Shown: positions 38,681 to 49,847 of the stretch, in pieces
Numbering within the stretch: position 1 is the stretch's first letter
How the letters are laid out: every line of letters begins with the position of its first letter
Assembly: GCA_965215275.1 (NCBI GenBank)
Contig: OZ244044.1
Location: forward strand, 1,344,001 to 1,408,000
DNA: 64,000 bases
Direction: 5' to 3'
DNA from: Thermodesulfobacteriota bacterium
GTDB taxonomy: Bacteria > Desulfobacterota_D > UBA1144 > Nemesobacterales > JAJCZQ01
Translations under genes and position numbers: made by a program
The notes under the pieces: generated by a model
Database searches by the model: none
What the model saw: the letters and a program-made list of their open reading frames with translations, nothing else
What the model was told of the DNA's origin: nothing

Positions 38681-41428
38681 TCAGTTCAGGTATTTATCCA
38701 GATACTTTGCGGTGTGGGACCTTTTAGATCTGGCTACTTCTTCAGGGGTTCCTTCAGCAACTATATAACCTCCATCTTTTCCCCCGCCGGGACCGAGGTC
38801 GATTATGTGGTCAGCTGAGATTATCACGTCCATGTTGTGCTCAATTACGAGCACGGTGTTGCCGTTGTCTACCAGTTTATTCAATACTTTGAGAAGTTTT
38901 GATACATCCTCGCTGTGGAGACCAACTGTTGGTTCATCAAGTATATACAGGATGTCCCTGCCTGATTTTTGCACGAGTTCTTTTGCAATCTTGATCCTCT
39001 GTGCCTCTCCTCCGGACAGGGTGGATGCAGGTTGTCCAAGCCTCAGGTAGCCTAGTCCCACCTGCCGAAGAACGTTCAGCATGTAGGTTATTTTAGAGAA
39101 CTCGGCAAATAACATTATTGATCCGTCGACGGTCAGATCTAATATCTCATCAATGCTTTTACCTTTGTATTTATATTCCAGTACGCTCTTCTCAAATCTT
39201 TTTCCGCTGCATTCCTCACATGTTACGACAACGTCGGCAAGAAATAACATATCTATTCTCTGAGTTCCCTCTCCCGAGCACTTTTTACATCTTCCGCTTT
39301 CGGAATTAAAGGAGAAGTGCGAGGCGGTAAAGTTTTTGACTTTTGCAAGTGGAGTGTTCGCAAGCACTTTCCTTATTTCGTCATAGACTTTGATATAGGT
39401 CACGGGAGTTGATCTTGCAGACCTGCCTATGGGGGATTGATCGATCATTATTATGTCGGAGATACCGTCTGTACCCAGTATTCTGTTGACCTTGCCAGCG
39501 GTCTCCTTTTTATTTTTAAATTCTCTTGCCAGGTTTGAATATATAATGTTGTTAACAAGAGAGCTTTTTCCAGACCCGGATACACCCGTTACGCAGGTAA
39601 ACGTCCGAAGCGGGATCTTCACGTCAAAGTTCTTTAAATTGTTTTCCTGCGCACCGATGACGCTTAAATGAGCGTTGTTACGACCTCTTCTTTCAGATGG
39701 TGGTTTGATAAGGCACTTACCAAGAAGATATTTCCTTGTGTGAGACCTCACGTCGGACCTCAGGAATTTTTTAACTGTACCTTGATAAACTACCCGTCCT
39801 CCGTGCTCGCCGGATTCAGGACCCAGTTCGATAATACTGTCTGCCGCCTTTATCATTGAATGGTCATGTTCAATAACTATTATAGTGTTATTCCTGCTTT
39901 TTAACTCTTCTATGATGTTTATAAGCCGTCCAATATCTTTCGAATGAAGACCGATGGACGGTTCGTCCATAACGTAAAGCGTTTCGGTGAGCTTTGACCC
40001 AAGCTGACAGGCTAAACTTACCCTTTGTGCTTCTCCTCCAGACAGGGACCTGGTGATCCTTGAGAGCGTAAGGTACTGCAGCCCCACTTTAAGCAGGAAA
40101 TCCGACCTGCTCGTTATCTCTTTTAAAAGATCATCAGATATATTCCGTTCCTCTTTGCTGAACCTGGTCTTTTTAAAGAATTTGTGAAATTCATCGATCG
40201 TCATTAACGTCAGGTCGTGGATGCTTTTACCGTTGATCTTTATCCAGAGGGCGTTTTCCTTTAACCTGCTGCCCCCACAGGTGCCACACTTAAACGCCGT
40301 CCTGTACTTGCTTATAAATACCCTTACGTGCATTTTATAGTTTTTCTCCTCAAGTTTTTTAAAAAAACCCAAAACTCCGGAGAAGTTTCCTTTTCCACTG
40401 AAGATCAGCTGCTTCTGCTCCCCGCTGAGCCGTGAGTAAGGCACGTTAACGTTTATATCGTTATTTTTTGCAAATTCGCACAGCTGTCTTTGCTTGAACC
40501 TGTATGCAGGTTTTGTAAAAGGTTCTATGGCTCCTTGCAAGATGCTGATCTCCTGGTTAGGAATTACCAGTTCAGGAGAAATATCCAGCTTGTTCCCAAA
40601 TCCGTTACATTCCGTACAGGCTCCGTAAGGGCTGTTGAACGAGAACAGCGCAGGGGCTGGTTCCTGAAAGTCTGTACCGCATCTGCCACATTTAAGTTCC
40701 TGCGTGTACATCAGTGGGTCCGACCCGTCTATCTTGATAAATATCCTGTCAGATTCCTTAAAAGCCGCTTCAAGGGATTCTGTGAGACGGGACAGCGATC
40801 TTTTTTCGATCTTCAGTTTATCTATAACGATCTTGCAGTCTTCGGGGAACTGCGTTATTTCCTCAATGTAACGAATTTCATTTTGTGAATAAAACCTTGT
40901 AAAACCTCTGGTCAGGTACGCGTCAGGCGCAGAGGAGGACCCGCTTATGGGTACCGTGACGATACAGGTTGAACCATGATGAGATCTTGCGACCTCGTTC
41001 TTTATGGACTCCGGGGACCTGACCGTGACTTCATCACCGCATGACGGGCAGTATATCCTTCCGATCTTTGCATACAGCAGTCTCAGAAAATCATATATTT
41101 CCGTCGTGGTGCCAACCGTGGACCTTGAGTTCCTTATACTGTTCCTGCTCTCAATAGCAATTGCGGTCGGGAGCATGGAAATATCCTCAACGTCCGGTTT
41201 TTCTATCCTTTCCAGGAACTGTCTTGCATAGGTGGAAAGACATTCGATGTATCTTCTGATCCCTTCCGAGTAGATCGTATTGATCGCAAGGGATGATTTT
41301 CCCGACCCGCTTAGGCCGGTTATTACCGTGTAGCTGCCCTTTGGTATTTTTACGTCGATGTTCTTAAGGTTGTTCTCCCTTGCACCGAGAACGGTGATAA
41401 ATTCATTTTTGTTCGGTCTGGATGGCAT
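38681..41428 (-). CDS. uvrA: Excinuclease ABC subunit A
   Basis: Two ABC modules GLSGSGKSS/GVSGSGKSS, LSGGEAQR twice, FSFNS, Zn fingers. Confidence 0.95.
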   Translation of the reverse strand: MPSRPNKNEFITVLGARENNLKNIDVKIPKGSYTVITGLSGSGKSSLAINTIYSEGIRRYIECLSTYARQFLERIEKPDVEDISMLPTAIAIESRNSIRNSRSTVGTTTEIYDFLRLLYAKIGRIYCPSCGDEVTVRSPESIKNEVARSHHGSTCIVTVPISGSSSAPDAYLTRGFTRFYSQNEIRYIEEITQFPEDCKIVIDKLKIEKRSLSRLTESLEAAFKESDRIFIKIDGSDPLMYTQELKCGRCGTDFQEPAPALFSFNSPYGACTECNGFGNKLDISPELVIPNQEISILQGAIEPFTKPAYRFKQRQLCEFAKNNDINVNVPYSRLSGEQKQLIFSGKGNFSGVLGFFKKLEEKNYKMHVRVFISKYRTAFKCGTCGGSRLKENALWIKINGKSIHDLTLMTIDEFHKFFKKTRFSKEERNISDDLLKEITSRSDFLLKVGLQYLTLSRITRSLSGGEAQRVSLACQLGSKLTETLYVMDEPSIGLHSKDIGRLINIIEELKSRNNTIIVIEHDHSMIKAADSIIELGPESGEHGGRVVYQGTVKKFLRSDVRSHTRKYLLGKCLIKPPSERRGRNNAHLSVIGAQENNLKNFDVKIPLRTFTCVTGVSGSGKSSLVNNIIYSNLAREFKNKKETAGKVNRILGTDGISDIIMIDQSPIGRSARSTPVTYIKVYDEIRKVLANTPLAKVKNFTASHFSFNSESGRCKKCSGEGTQRIDMLFLADVVVTCEECSGKRFEKSVLEYKYKGKSIDEILDLTVDGSIMLFAEFSKITYMLNVLRQVGLGYLRLGQPASTLSGGEAQRIKIAKELVQKSGRDILYILDEPTVGLHSEDVSKLLKVLNKLVDNGNTVLVIEHNMDVIISADHIIDLGPGGGKDGGYIVAEGTPEEVARSKRSHTAKYLDKYLN

Positions 41429-41450
41429 AATGGACGGTCCGCTTCTTCGG

Positions 41451-42152
41451 TTAAAGTTCTTCCAGGACCTCTTTAAATCCGGAGAACTCCCTTACGTTAG
41501 TTCCTTCATAGTTCTTGCATTTTCTGCGATTGATCCATATAACGTCCAGACCGGAACTGATCCCTCCAAGTATATCAGCACCGTACAGGTCTCCGATATG
41601 GACCGATCTGTCCGTTCCCACGTTTAATTTGCGCAGAGTATGCATGTAAATATTTCTGTCGGGTTTTACCATTCCGACGTTGGTTGAATCAACGATGGTT
41701 TCAAAGTAGCCGTTAATTCCCAGCTCGCAACATTTTTCAAAAGTGTATCCATCGTTATTAGATATTATTGCCAGTGCAAATCCCTTTGACTTCAGCACAT
41801 CAAGAAGGTCCCCTGCAAATTCGGTCAGTTCCCTTCTGTACCCTATTTTATCCATCTGCTCCCAAGTCGATCTTTTCAGGTGACCTGGGGATACTTCGAT
41901 CTTTAATCTGTCCCTCAGGACCTCGAACAGAAGGTCCCGACTTTCCGCGGCATTAATGCTTCCTGCCGATATGTAACGCCTGTATATCTGATAATCTGCA
42001 AAGTGGTACGCGTCGATGAATTCTTTATCTGTAAATTCAAAACCCAGGTCTGTCATCGCCATTCTCATTCTGTCCGGGTACGTGGGGACAGTTGAAGCCA
42101 GCGTGTCGCCAAAGTCAAAGGTTATGGTTTTTTTCCTGCCTATATCTAACAT
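41451..42152 (-). CDS. HAD-family hydrolase
   Basis: TFDFGDTL, IISN, KPD, HIGD..GAD; start trimmed to ATG 42152. Confidence 0.88.
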   Translation of the reverse strand: MLDIGRKKTITFDFGDTLASTVPTYPDRMRMAMTDLGFEFTDKEFIDAYHFADYQIYRRYISAGSINAAESRDLLFEVLRDRLKIEVSPGHLKRSTWEQMDKIGYRRELTEFAGDLLDVLKSKGFALAIISNNDGYTFEKCCELGINGYFETIVDSTNVGMVKPDRNIYMHTLRKLNVGTDRSVHIGDLYGADILGGISSGLDVIWINRRKCKNYEGTNVREFSGFKEVLEEL

Positions 42153-42246
42153 CCTGATAACAATACCTGTCATTGACCAACAATTGTAAGTAAGGTGCTT
42201 TCTTGCTAACTGGTATAAATTAGGGATACTTTTAGAGTTTGGAGGT

Positions 42247-43500
42247 ATGGACATGTCGGTACTGAACAAGGTTGACCCTGAGGTCGCGGCAGCTATAAGG
42301 TCGGAAGTAGAAAGACAGGAATGGAAACTTGAACTCATTGCATCTGAGAACTACGTAAGCGAGGCTGTACTTGAGGCGCTCGGGACGGTCCTTACGAACA
42401 AATACGCCGAGGGACTGCCTGGAAAGCGTTATTACGGTGGATGTGAGTTTGTTGACGTTGCCGAGGACCTTGCAAGAGAAAGAGCATTGAAACTGTTCGG
42501 TGCTGATGCCGTGAACGTGCAGCCTCATTCAGGCGCACAGGCGAACATGTCCGTGTTCTTTGCAGCCGTTAAACCGGGAGACACGGTAATGGGAATGGAC
42601 CTTGCTCATGGAGGCCATCTTACACACGGAAGTTCGGTGAACTTTTCGGGAAGACTTTACAATATCGTTTCCTACGGAGTTACGGAAGATACCAACTTAA
42701 TAGATTATGATGAGGTCAGAAAGACGGCGTTAAAAAACAGCCCGAAGCTTATCATAGTGGGCTGGAGCGCCTATCCCAGAGACATTGACTTTTTGAAATT
42801 TCGCGAGATCGCGGACGAGTGTGGAGCTCTTCTCATGGCAGACGTTGCGCATCCTGCGGGCTTGATCGTGGCAGGTCTGTATTCTGATCCGGTCCCGCAC
42901 TGTGATTTTGTTACAACCACGACCCATAAAACCCTTCGCGGTCCTCGTGGTGGCATGGTGATGATGAAAAGCGAACACGCGAAACTGATAAACAGCAGGG
43001 TTTTTCCCGGTACGCAGGGTGGACCGCTCATGCACGTTATCGCGGCAAAGGCAGTGGCTTTTCATGAGGCAATGCAGCCTGAGTTCAACGACTATCAGGA
43101 ACGGGTCGTAAAAAACGCAAGACGATTGGGAGAGAAACTGACCGCCTGCGGATTCAGGCTGGTTTCCGGCGGAACCGATAACCATCTCGTTCTGGTTGAT
43201 TTGAGAGAGACGGACATTACAGGCAAACTTGCTGAGGAATCCCTGGAAAAAGCAGGAATAACGGTAAATAAAAATGCCATACCGTTTGATCCGAGACCAC
43301 CGGCCATCGCCAGTGGAATAAGGATCGGGACGGCTGCTGTGACGACCCGTGGAATGGGTGAGATGGAAATGGAACAGATCGCCGCGTGGATCGCTGAAGC
43401 GTTTGAGAACAATGACAATGAAACCGTTCTGAACAGGATAAAAGACGAGGTGAAACAGCTGTGCAGCCAATTTCCGATTTACAGACATAAACTGACTTAG
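42247..43500 (+). CDS. glyA: Serine hydroxymethyltransferase
   Basis: [33 protein letters not shown]. Confidence 0.98.
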   Translation: MDMSVLNKVDPEVAAAIRSEVERQEWKLELIASENYVSEAVLEALGTVLTNKYAEGLPGKRYYGGCEFVDVAEDLARERALKLFGADAVNVQPHSGAQANMSVFFAAVKPGDTVMGMDLAHGGHLTHGSSVNFSGRLYNIVSYGVTEDTNLIDYDEVRKTALKNSPKLIIVGWSAYPRDIDFLKFREIADECGALLMADVAHPAGLIVAGLYSDPVPHCDFVTTTTHKTLRGPRGGMVMMKSEHAKLINSRVFPGTQGGPLMHVIAAKAVAFHEAMQPEFNDYQERVVKNARRLGEKLTACGFRLVSGGTDNHLVLVDLRETDITGKLAEESLEKAGITVNKNAIPFDPRPPAIASGIRIGTAAVTTRGMGEMEMEQIAAWIAEAFENNDNETVLNRIKDEVKQLCSQFPIYRHKLT

Positions 43501-43502
43501 TT

Positions 43503-43961
43503 ATGAAATGTCCACACTGCATGTCCGATATCAGGGTAGTAGACTCAAGGAACAGCAAGGATGGGACTTCCGTTCGCAGACGGCGTAAATGTCTGAGCTG
43601 TAACAAAAGGTTTACAACTTACGAAAGAATAGAAGACCTTAACTTCGTGATCGTGAAAAAAGACGGCAGACGTGAACCCTTTGACAGAAAAAAGGTAATA
43701 GACGGACTTAAGAAGGCCTGTGAAAAAAGACCGATAAGCGTGGACAGCATTGAGAATTTAGTTGCGGACGTAGAAAGAGAACTTCAGGTGCGGGGAGAAA
43801 AAGAGGTGAAAAGCCAGGAGATCGGAGAGAAAATGATCGCCAAGCTCTATGAACTCGATGAAGTTGCCTACGTCAGATTTGCCTCGGTCTACAGATCTTT
43901 TAAAGACGTGAACCAGTTTATGGACGAACTTAAGGATCTGCTCAAGGAAAAAGAAGGTTAA
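43503..43961 (+). CDS. nrdR: Transcriptional repressor NrdR
   Basis: MKCPHC, RRRRKC..C..RFTTYE, VAYVRFASVY. Confidence 0.97.
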   Translation: MKCPHCMSDIRVVDSRNSKDGTSVRRRRKCLSCNKRFTTYERIEDLNFVIVKKDGRREPFDRKKVIDGLKKACEKRPISVDSIENLVADVERELQVRGEKEVKSQEIGEKMIAKLYELDEVAYVRFASVYRSFKDVNQFMDELKDLLKEKEG

Positions 43962-43978
43962 TTCGTCCCTGTCGTGAA

Positions 43979-44746
43979 ATGCTGATAGACACCCACGCTC
44001 ATTTAGTTTCACTTGAAGACGTTGAAAGTGCCGTGAACAGGGCGTATGAAGCCGGAGTAGCAAAGATCATATCAGTTTCCACTGGTCTTGATTCAAGTTA
44101 TGCAACTATTGAAATAGCGGACACGTACGAATCCGTTTTTGCCGCAGTTGGTATCCATCCCCACTCTGCTTCTCAGTATACCGAAGAAACTTTTTCAAAG
44201 ATTGAAGATACCGTATCGCATAAAAAAGTTGTGGCAGTTGGTGAAACGGGGCTGGATTATCATTACATGAATTCTCCAAAGGAGATACAGATTGAATCGT
44301 TTCGGGCTCATATAGACATGGCAACCAGGTTTACCCTGCCTTTCGTGGTTCACGTGAGAGAAGCGGATGAGGATATGCTGAGTATTTTAAGAGAAAGCGA
44401 CCTGAATGAAAATCCAGGGGTTATTCACTGTTTTTCTGGAAATTACGAGACGGCCAAACAGTATCTTGAACTGGGTTTTTTCATATCTTTTTCAGGTATC
44501 GTTACCTTTAATCGTGCCGCGGAGGTCAGAGAAGCGGCGAAAAATATCCCGTTTGACAGGGTACTGATCGAAACGGATTCCCCGTACCTTGCTCCGGTTC
44601 CGCTCCGGGGGAAGAAAAATGAACCAGCCAATGTTAAGTACGTTGCACAGGTGGTTGCAGAGGTCAGGGGCGTTGATATACAGACCCTTCAGGAGCAGCT
44701 TTTAAAAAATACCTTGGAGCTCTTCCCCGGGATTGAGCGGTGTTAA
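43979..44746 (+). CDS. tatD: TatD family hydrolase
   Basis: DTHAHL, GIHPH, GETGLDY, VIHCFSG, ETDSPYL. Confidence 0.95.
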   Translation: MLIDTHAHLVSLEDVESAVNRAYEAGVAKIISVSTGLDSSYATIEIADTYESVFAAVGIHPHSASQYTEETFSKIEDTVSHKKVVAVGETGLDYHYMNSPKEIQIESFRAHIDMATRFTLPFVVHVREADEDMLSILRESDLNENPGVIHCFSGNYETAKQYLELGFFISFSGIVTFNRAAEVREAAKNIPFDRVLIETDSPYLAPVPLRGKKNEPANVKYVAQVVAEVRGVDIQTLQEQLLKNTLELFPGIERC

Positions 44747-44758
44747 CAGTTTTCTGAA

Positions 44759-45703
44759 ATGTCTCGAAAACCCAGGATCGGTATAACAACAGGAGACCCT
44801 AACGGGATCGGTCCCGAAGTTGTACTTAAGTCGGTCAATGATCCCAGAATAGAAAGTCTGTGTGAACCCGTGATCTACGGGACTGAAAAAGTTTTAAGAA
44901 AAGCCACGCTTAGCACGGGACTCTGTATTGGATCTGAAATAGCTTATAAAGACGATTTCAGGGATTTTGAAATAAGTCCAGGATCAAGTTGTGCAGAAGC
45001 TGGCAAGGTAAGTTTATTTTACATTGAGCAGGCGGTTAAAGATGTTTTAAACAAAAAGACAGACGCGATCGTTACTGCACCTATAAGCAAGGAATCAATA
45101 CGTCTTGCAGGTTCAAAGTATTCCGGTCACACGGATATGCTTAAAGAACTGACGGGGGCAAAAGACGCGGTGATGCTTTTTGACGGTGGACCTTTTAGAG
45201 TTGCCCTGGTGACCATTCACGTTGCACTGTCCGAAGTCCCTTCTCTTATAACTAAAGAGAACGTGTTAAACGTCATAAAGGTATGCAGTCGGGAGCTGAA
45301 ACGGAAGTTTCACGTTCCAGATCCGAGGATCGTTGTCTGTGGACTCAATCCTCATGCAGGTGAGGCAGGAGCTTTTGGCAGGGAAGATATAGAGGAAATA
45401 GAACCGGCGGTAGGAGCAGCAGAAAAAGAAGGTATTAAGGTTGAGGGGCCACTGCCAGCAGACACTGTTTTTTATTATGCAAGTAGAGGTGTTTGTGACC
45501 TTGTTATTGCAATGTATCACGATCAGGGACTTGCTCCGTTTAAAATGTTAGCCTTTGATTCAGGTGTGAATGTTACTTTGGGCCTGCCTGTTGTACGAAC
45601 GTCTCCAGATCATGGAACTGCTTTTGACATTGCGTGGAAAGGTATTGCCAAACCCGAAAGCATGATTAACTCCATAAGACTCGCAGTTGAACTGTTGAGA
45701 TGA
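44759..45703 (+). CDS. pdxA: 4-hydroxythreonine-4-phosphate dehydrogenase
   Basis: GDPNGIGPE, GHTD, GLNPHAGE, MYHDQG, RTSPDHGTAFDIA. Confidence 0.96.
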   Translation: MSRKPRIGITTGDPNGIGPEVVLKSVNDPRIESLCEPVIYGTEKVLRKATLSTGLCIGSEIAYKDDFRDFEISPGSSCAEAGKVSLFYIEQAVKDVLNKKTDAIVTAPISKESIRLAGSKYSGHTDMLKELTGAKDAVMLFDGGPFRVALVTIHVALSEVPSLITKENVLNVIKVCSRELKRKFHVPDPRIVVCGLNPHAGEAGAFGREDIEEIEPAVGAAEKEGIKVEGPLPADTVFYYASRGVCDLVIAMYHDQGLAPFKMLAFDSGVNVTLGLPVVRTSPDHGTAFDIAWKGIAKPESMINSIRLAVELLR

Positions 45704-45767
45704 AGAGAATAATCCGGACAGCCTGACGTGGCACTTATCATTAAACAAAAGACGCTGTTCGTTATAC

Positions 45768-45796
45768 TTGACATTGCAGTAGAACAGAAGTAAAGT
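45768..45796 (+). promoter_or_regulatory. Putative sigma70 promoter of S8 paralog 3
   Basis: TTGACA (45768-45773), 17 nt, TAAAGT (45791-45796); homologous to region 9001-9075. Confidence 0.55.
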
Positions 45797-48700
45797 ATGA
45801 AAAACATGATGAATTCTAATCCCCCCCCCCCATCAATGTCGTAGTCCAGTAAGCGGTTCCTGCTGGAACAACGGACAGTTCATACTTTCCCTTATCTTTT
45901 TTCTTCTGTGCATAATGGTCATAGCTGCAAAAGGACAGAGCGGCCTGGAAGAAACATTATCTGAATGCAGAAGCATCAGTGCAGACACGGAAGATCCGCT
46001 ATACGGATGTCAGTGGCATCTGAAAAATACAGGACAGCTTGGGGCTGTAACTGCCTCCGGAGAAGATATAAACATAGAAGGGGTCTGGGATGATAATGTG
46101 TTCGGTGCTGGAATAAACGTAGCGGTGGTAAGTGATGGTATGCAGACGGGTCATGAGGACCTTGCTGATAATGTAAATACCAGACTGAACCATGATTATT
46201 CAGGAAGCGGTAACGTATACGACCCTTCAAAAGCTCATGGTACACGTGTATCGGGAGTTATAGCAGCAGTGGGTGATAACAGCCTTGGAGTAAGAGGTGC
46301 AGCACCAAAGGCAGGCATCTATGGTTATAATTTAGCTGGCAACTTCAGTAATGCTAACGCAAAAGATGCAATGGCCCGTAATAAGGAAATAACAGCTGTA
46401 TCCGTTAATGGCTGGGGACCGGATGACGGATATTCTCTTCATCAGGCTTCAGCTTCCTGGGAAGAAGGAGTGGAAGAGGGTATAAGGGAAGGGTTTTATG
46501 GTAAAGGAGTGTTTTACGTCTGGGGAGCAGGGGACGGGCATGAGAATAACGATCAGGCCAATTTTTCTGAATATTCAAATTACTACGGCGTAACTGCCGT
46601 GTGTTCAACGGACGGTTCTGGAAAGAAGAGCTTATTTTCAGAAGAGGGAGTAAATCTTTGGGTATGTGCTCCAGGAGAACATATTACAACCACTGACAAT
46701 AACGATGGATATGTTTTTGATGCGAGTGGAACGGCATATTCAGCAGCACAGGTTTCAGGGGTAGCAGCACTGATGAGAGAAGTGAACGGAGATCTGAGCT
46801 GGAGGGATATAAAGCTTATATTTGCGGGTTCAGCACGGCAGAACGACGTTTCTGACCTGAGCTGGAGGACTGGAGCAGTAAAATACGGTTCTGATACGGA
46901 AAGATATAATTATAATCCTAAGTATGGTTTTGGAGTAGTTGACGCAGAAGAAGCAGCAGAACTTGCCAGAAGCTGGAAAAGTGTGGGTGAAATGAGGACC
47001 GTTACCACCTTTTCTGATAAAGAGATAACAATTCCTGATGGAGAAGGAGAGGCAGACGGGGTCCTTGTTTCCAGACTTATGATACCGGACCTTGAAGAGG
47101 TAACATTTACGGAGTTCACAGAAGTGGAACTTGTTCTTTCGTGTGATTGCTTACAGAACCTAAATATACAGATAACCTCTCCTTCTGGGACAACGTCGGA
47201 ACTTGTGCGGGAGGTTGCCGGGGAGTCTGTAAGGGGATCTTCAGCTGAAGAAGAAAACTGCGTCAGTTACCTGAGAAGAACACATCGTTTCGGGTCGGCT
47301 AAGCACCTCGGAGAAGACCCTTCCGGAGAATGGATCCTTAAAATATCCGATACTGCTTCCGGAGATGCAGAAGATGGAGAAAATACTTTTACCTTACACT
47401 CCTGGAGCATTAAGGTATATGGGCATAAGAAGGGTGATACTGTACAGGACTTGACTAAGGAGATAACTCCTAAACTTCCTCCAGGCGGTTTTGGCACCTC
47501 TCAGATCGATAGAGTTTATACAGTAGAGGAAGCAATAACACCATTAACGCTGCCTGAGGCATCGGTAGGTACTCCGCCAATTACTTATAGTTTTGATTCA
47601 TTACCTGATGGATTGGCATTTGATCCTGACACCCGAGTGTTAAGCGGAACACCAACTACTGTAAAGGATAGGACCGCTTATATATATAGGGCTACTAATA
47701 GTGAGGCAACGAACTTTATCTTTGTTCAGATTACAGTAAAAGACCTGCCGCCAACCTTTAATGATACGATAGGTAATAAGGAGTACATAAAAGGGGTTCC
47801 GATAACACCAGTAACACTGCCTAAGGCAACAAGAGGGAATGGAGACTTAACATACAGTTTAGCCCCTGATCCATCTGCTGCTGGATTGACATTTGATCCT
47901 GTTACACGAGTGTTAAGCGGAACACCAACTACTGCAACGAGCAGTACTACTTATACATATACGGTAACAGACGGAGATAACGTTACTGATGATTTGACGT
48001 TCAATATCACAATACATAATGACACTTCTCCAACCTTCTGGGAGACGATAGATGGTCAGGAATACATAGCAGGAAGTCAGATAACACCAGTAACGCTGCC
48101 TGTGGCACAATCAGGGAATACTCCATTAACTTACAGTATAACTCCTCGTTTACCTGATGGATTGAGTTTTAACAGGAACACTCGAACGATAAGTGGAACA
48201 CCAACTACTGCAATGTCTCAGGCTACTTATACATATACAGCAACAGACGTAGATGACGATCCGGCTGAGTTAACGTTTGATATTACTATATCAGCAGACA
48301 CAGATCCGACCTTCGGCAGTGAAATGATAGATAATAAGGTGTACGTTAACGGCATTACAGCAGTAATGGAAACACTGCCTGAAGCAACGGGAGGGAATGC
48401 TCCTTTAACTTACAGCTTAAGCAGTGGTTTACCTGCTGGACTGGACTTTGATACAACCACCCGAGTGTTAAGTGGAACACCCAATGTTGTTGATCCAAGT
48501 GTACTTCCTGTAACTGTTACTCATACGTATACGGTAGAAGACGCAAATGGAGATACTGACAATCTGACGTTCAGTATCACTACAGAAGCAGACAGCGATC
48601 CGGACTTCAGCAGTGTGACAATACCTGATCGGGTGTACACGGGGAGATCAATAACGCTACCCGAGGCAACGGGAGGGAATCCACCAGTCATGTACAGTAT

Positions 48701-49046
48701 AACTACATTACCAGCTGGATTGAGGTTTGACCCTGCTACCAGAGTTATAAGTGGCACACCAACCCGTGCATCATCTGCTGCTTCTTACACGTATACGGCA
48801 ACGGACAGCAATGGAGATACGGCTAATGTGAATTTTATGCTCAGTGTAGAGGTTTCTTCTACTACTCCGCCAACAACACAAGGACCAAGAACATCAGGTA
48901 CTGATTCAGGCGGAGGTGGAGGAGGATGTGCTGTCTCCGATCAGAGCAGCACTGCTTCTGATATTCTCGGAGCAGTGGCATGTCTGATACTTATACCCGT
49001 GTCAGTAGTTATCAGAAGGAAGAGAAGAGCTCAGATAAAGACTTAG
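45797..49046 (+). CDS. Kexin-like S8 family surface protein 3 (S8, P domain, five Ig repeats, GGGGC-TM tail); frameshifted at C11 tract; catalytic Ser replaced by Ala
   Basis: ORF 45915-49046 stays open upstream to 45813 and encodes FILSLIFFLLCIMVIAAKGQ; ATGs 45797/45806/45809 are out of frame across C11. Confidence 0.85.
45821..45831 (+). repeat. Poly-C tract (C11)
   Basis: TCTAAT-C11-ATCAA. Confidence 0.95.
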
Positions 49047-49154
49047 CAATGCGGTCCTTTCAAAGGCATTTATGAGAGAGAATTGAAGTCTGCTGCTAAT
49101 AAATATGTTTATCTTTAATGAGTATATTATTTCCTTTATATAACTTTACTGAAC

Positions 49155-49847
49155 CTAAACCATTCCTATAAAACTGAAGATCCTTCCTGTATTTTTTCCG
49201 TCCCGTCTGTACGAAGGTAAACTCATATCACAGAACGTGCATTTTTCCATGATGCTGATATTACCGATACCGACGCTGTGGATCTGGCAGATGTTTGCCT
49301 CTTTAAGGTCAAGGTAGTATTTATCTTTACTTTTTTTGGTTAAGAATGTATCACAACGATCAAATTCTTTCATAAACCGACTGGCAACTTCCTCCCCTAC
49401 TTCGTAGCACTTTGCTTCGATACACGGACCAATGGCAATGTATGTTTTGGAACTGTCATAGTTTGATCTCTTCTGAAGATGGATAAAGGTTTTAGAGGTA
49501 ATTCTATTCAGTGTACCTCTCCATCCTGCGTGAATTACACCTACGATACCTTTTTGCTCTTCAAAATAAATTATGGGAAGACAGTCAGCTGTGTATACCC
49601 CTACTCCTAACCCCTTGGTATCGGTATACAAAGAGTCCCCTTCTGTTTCAACTGGTCCTTCTTTTGATATTTTCAGGATCTTATTCCCGTGAACCTGCTT
49701 TGCAGTTCGTATCGTTGTCAAGCTGCAATCCGTCAATAATGGAGATATATCCTGCGACTTGAAGTTTGAGATAAACCCGTGCCTTACGTTTGAAAAAGAG
49801 GACAGCAGTTCTGACTTATAAAAATCCATATCAGTTTGATCGTTCAA
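49155..49847 (-). CDS. pgeF: Peptidoglycan editing factor / purine nucleoside phosphorylase YfiH
   Basis: QVHG, TADCLPI, HAGWRG, IGPCI..CYEVG, SYRRDG. Confidence 0.93.
   Translation of the reverse strand: MNDQTDMDFYKSELLSSFSNVRHGFISNFKSQDISPLLTDCSLTTIRTAKQVHGNKILKISKEGPVETEGDSLYTDTKGLGVGVYTADCLPIIYFEEQKGIVGVIHAGWRGTLNRITSKTFIHLQKRSNYDSSKTYIAIGPCIEAKCYEVGEEVASRFMKEFDRCDTFLTKKSKDKYYLDLKEANICQIHSVGIGNISIMEKCTFCDMSLPSYRRDGKNTGRIFSFIGMV

Noticed and set aside
38681..41428. UvrA looks somewhat short in the UvrB-binding region
   Set aside because: Within known UvrA variation; cannot be judged without alignment
42153..42338. N-terminal extension of the HAD ORF overlapping glyA
   Set aside because: The HAD motif begins right after ATG 42152; the extension is an ORF-calling artefact
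42730..43488. 252-aa antisense ORF
   Set aside because: Shadow of glyA with no recognisable motifs
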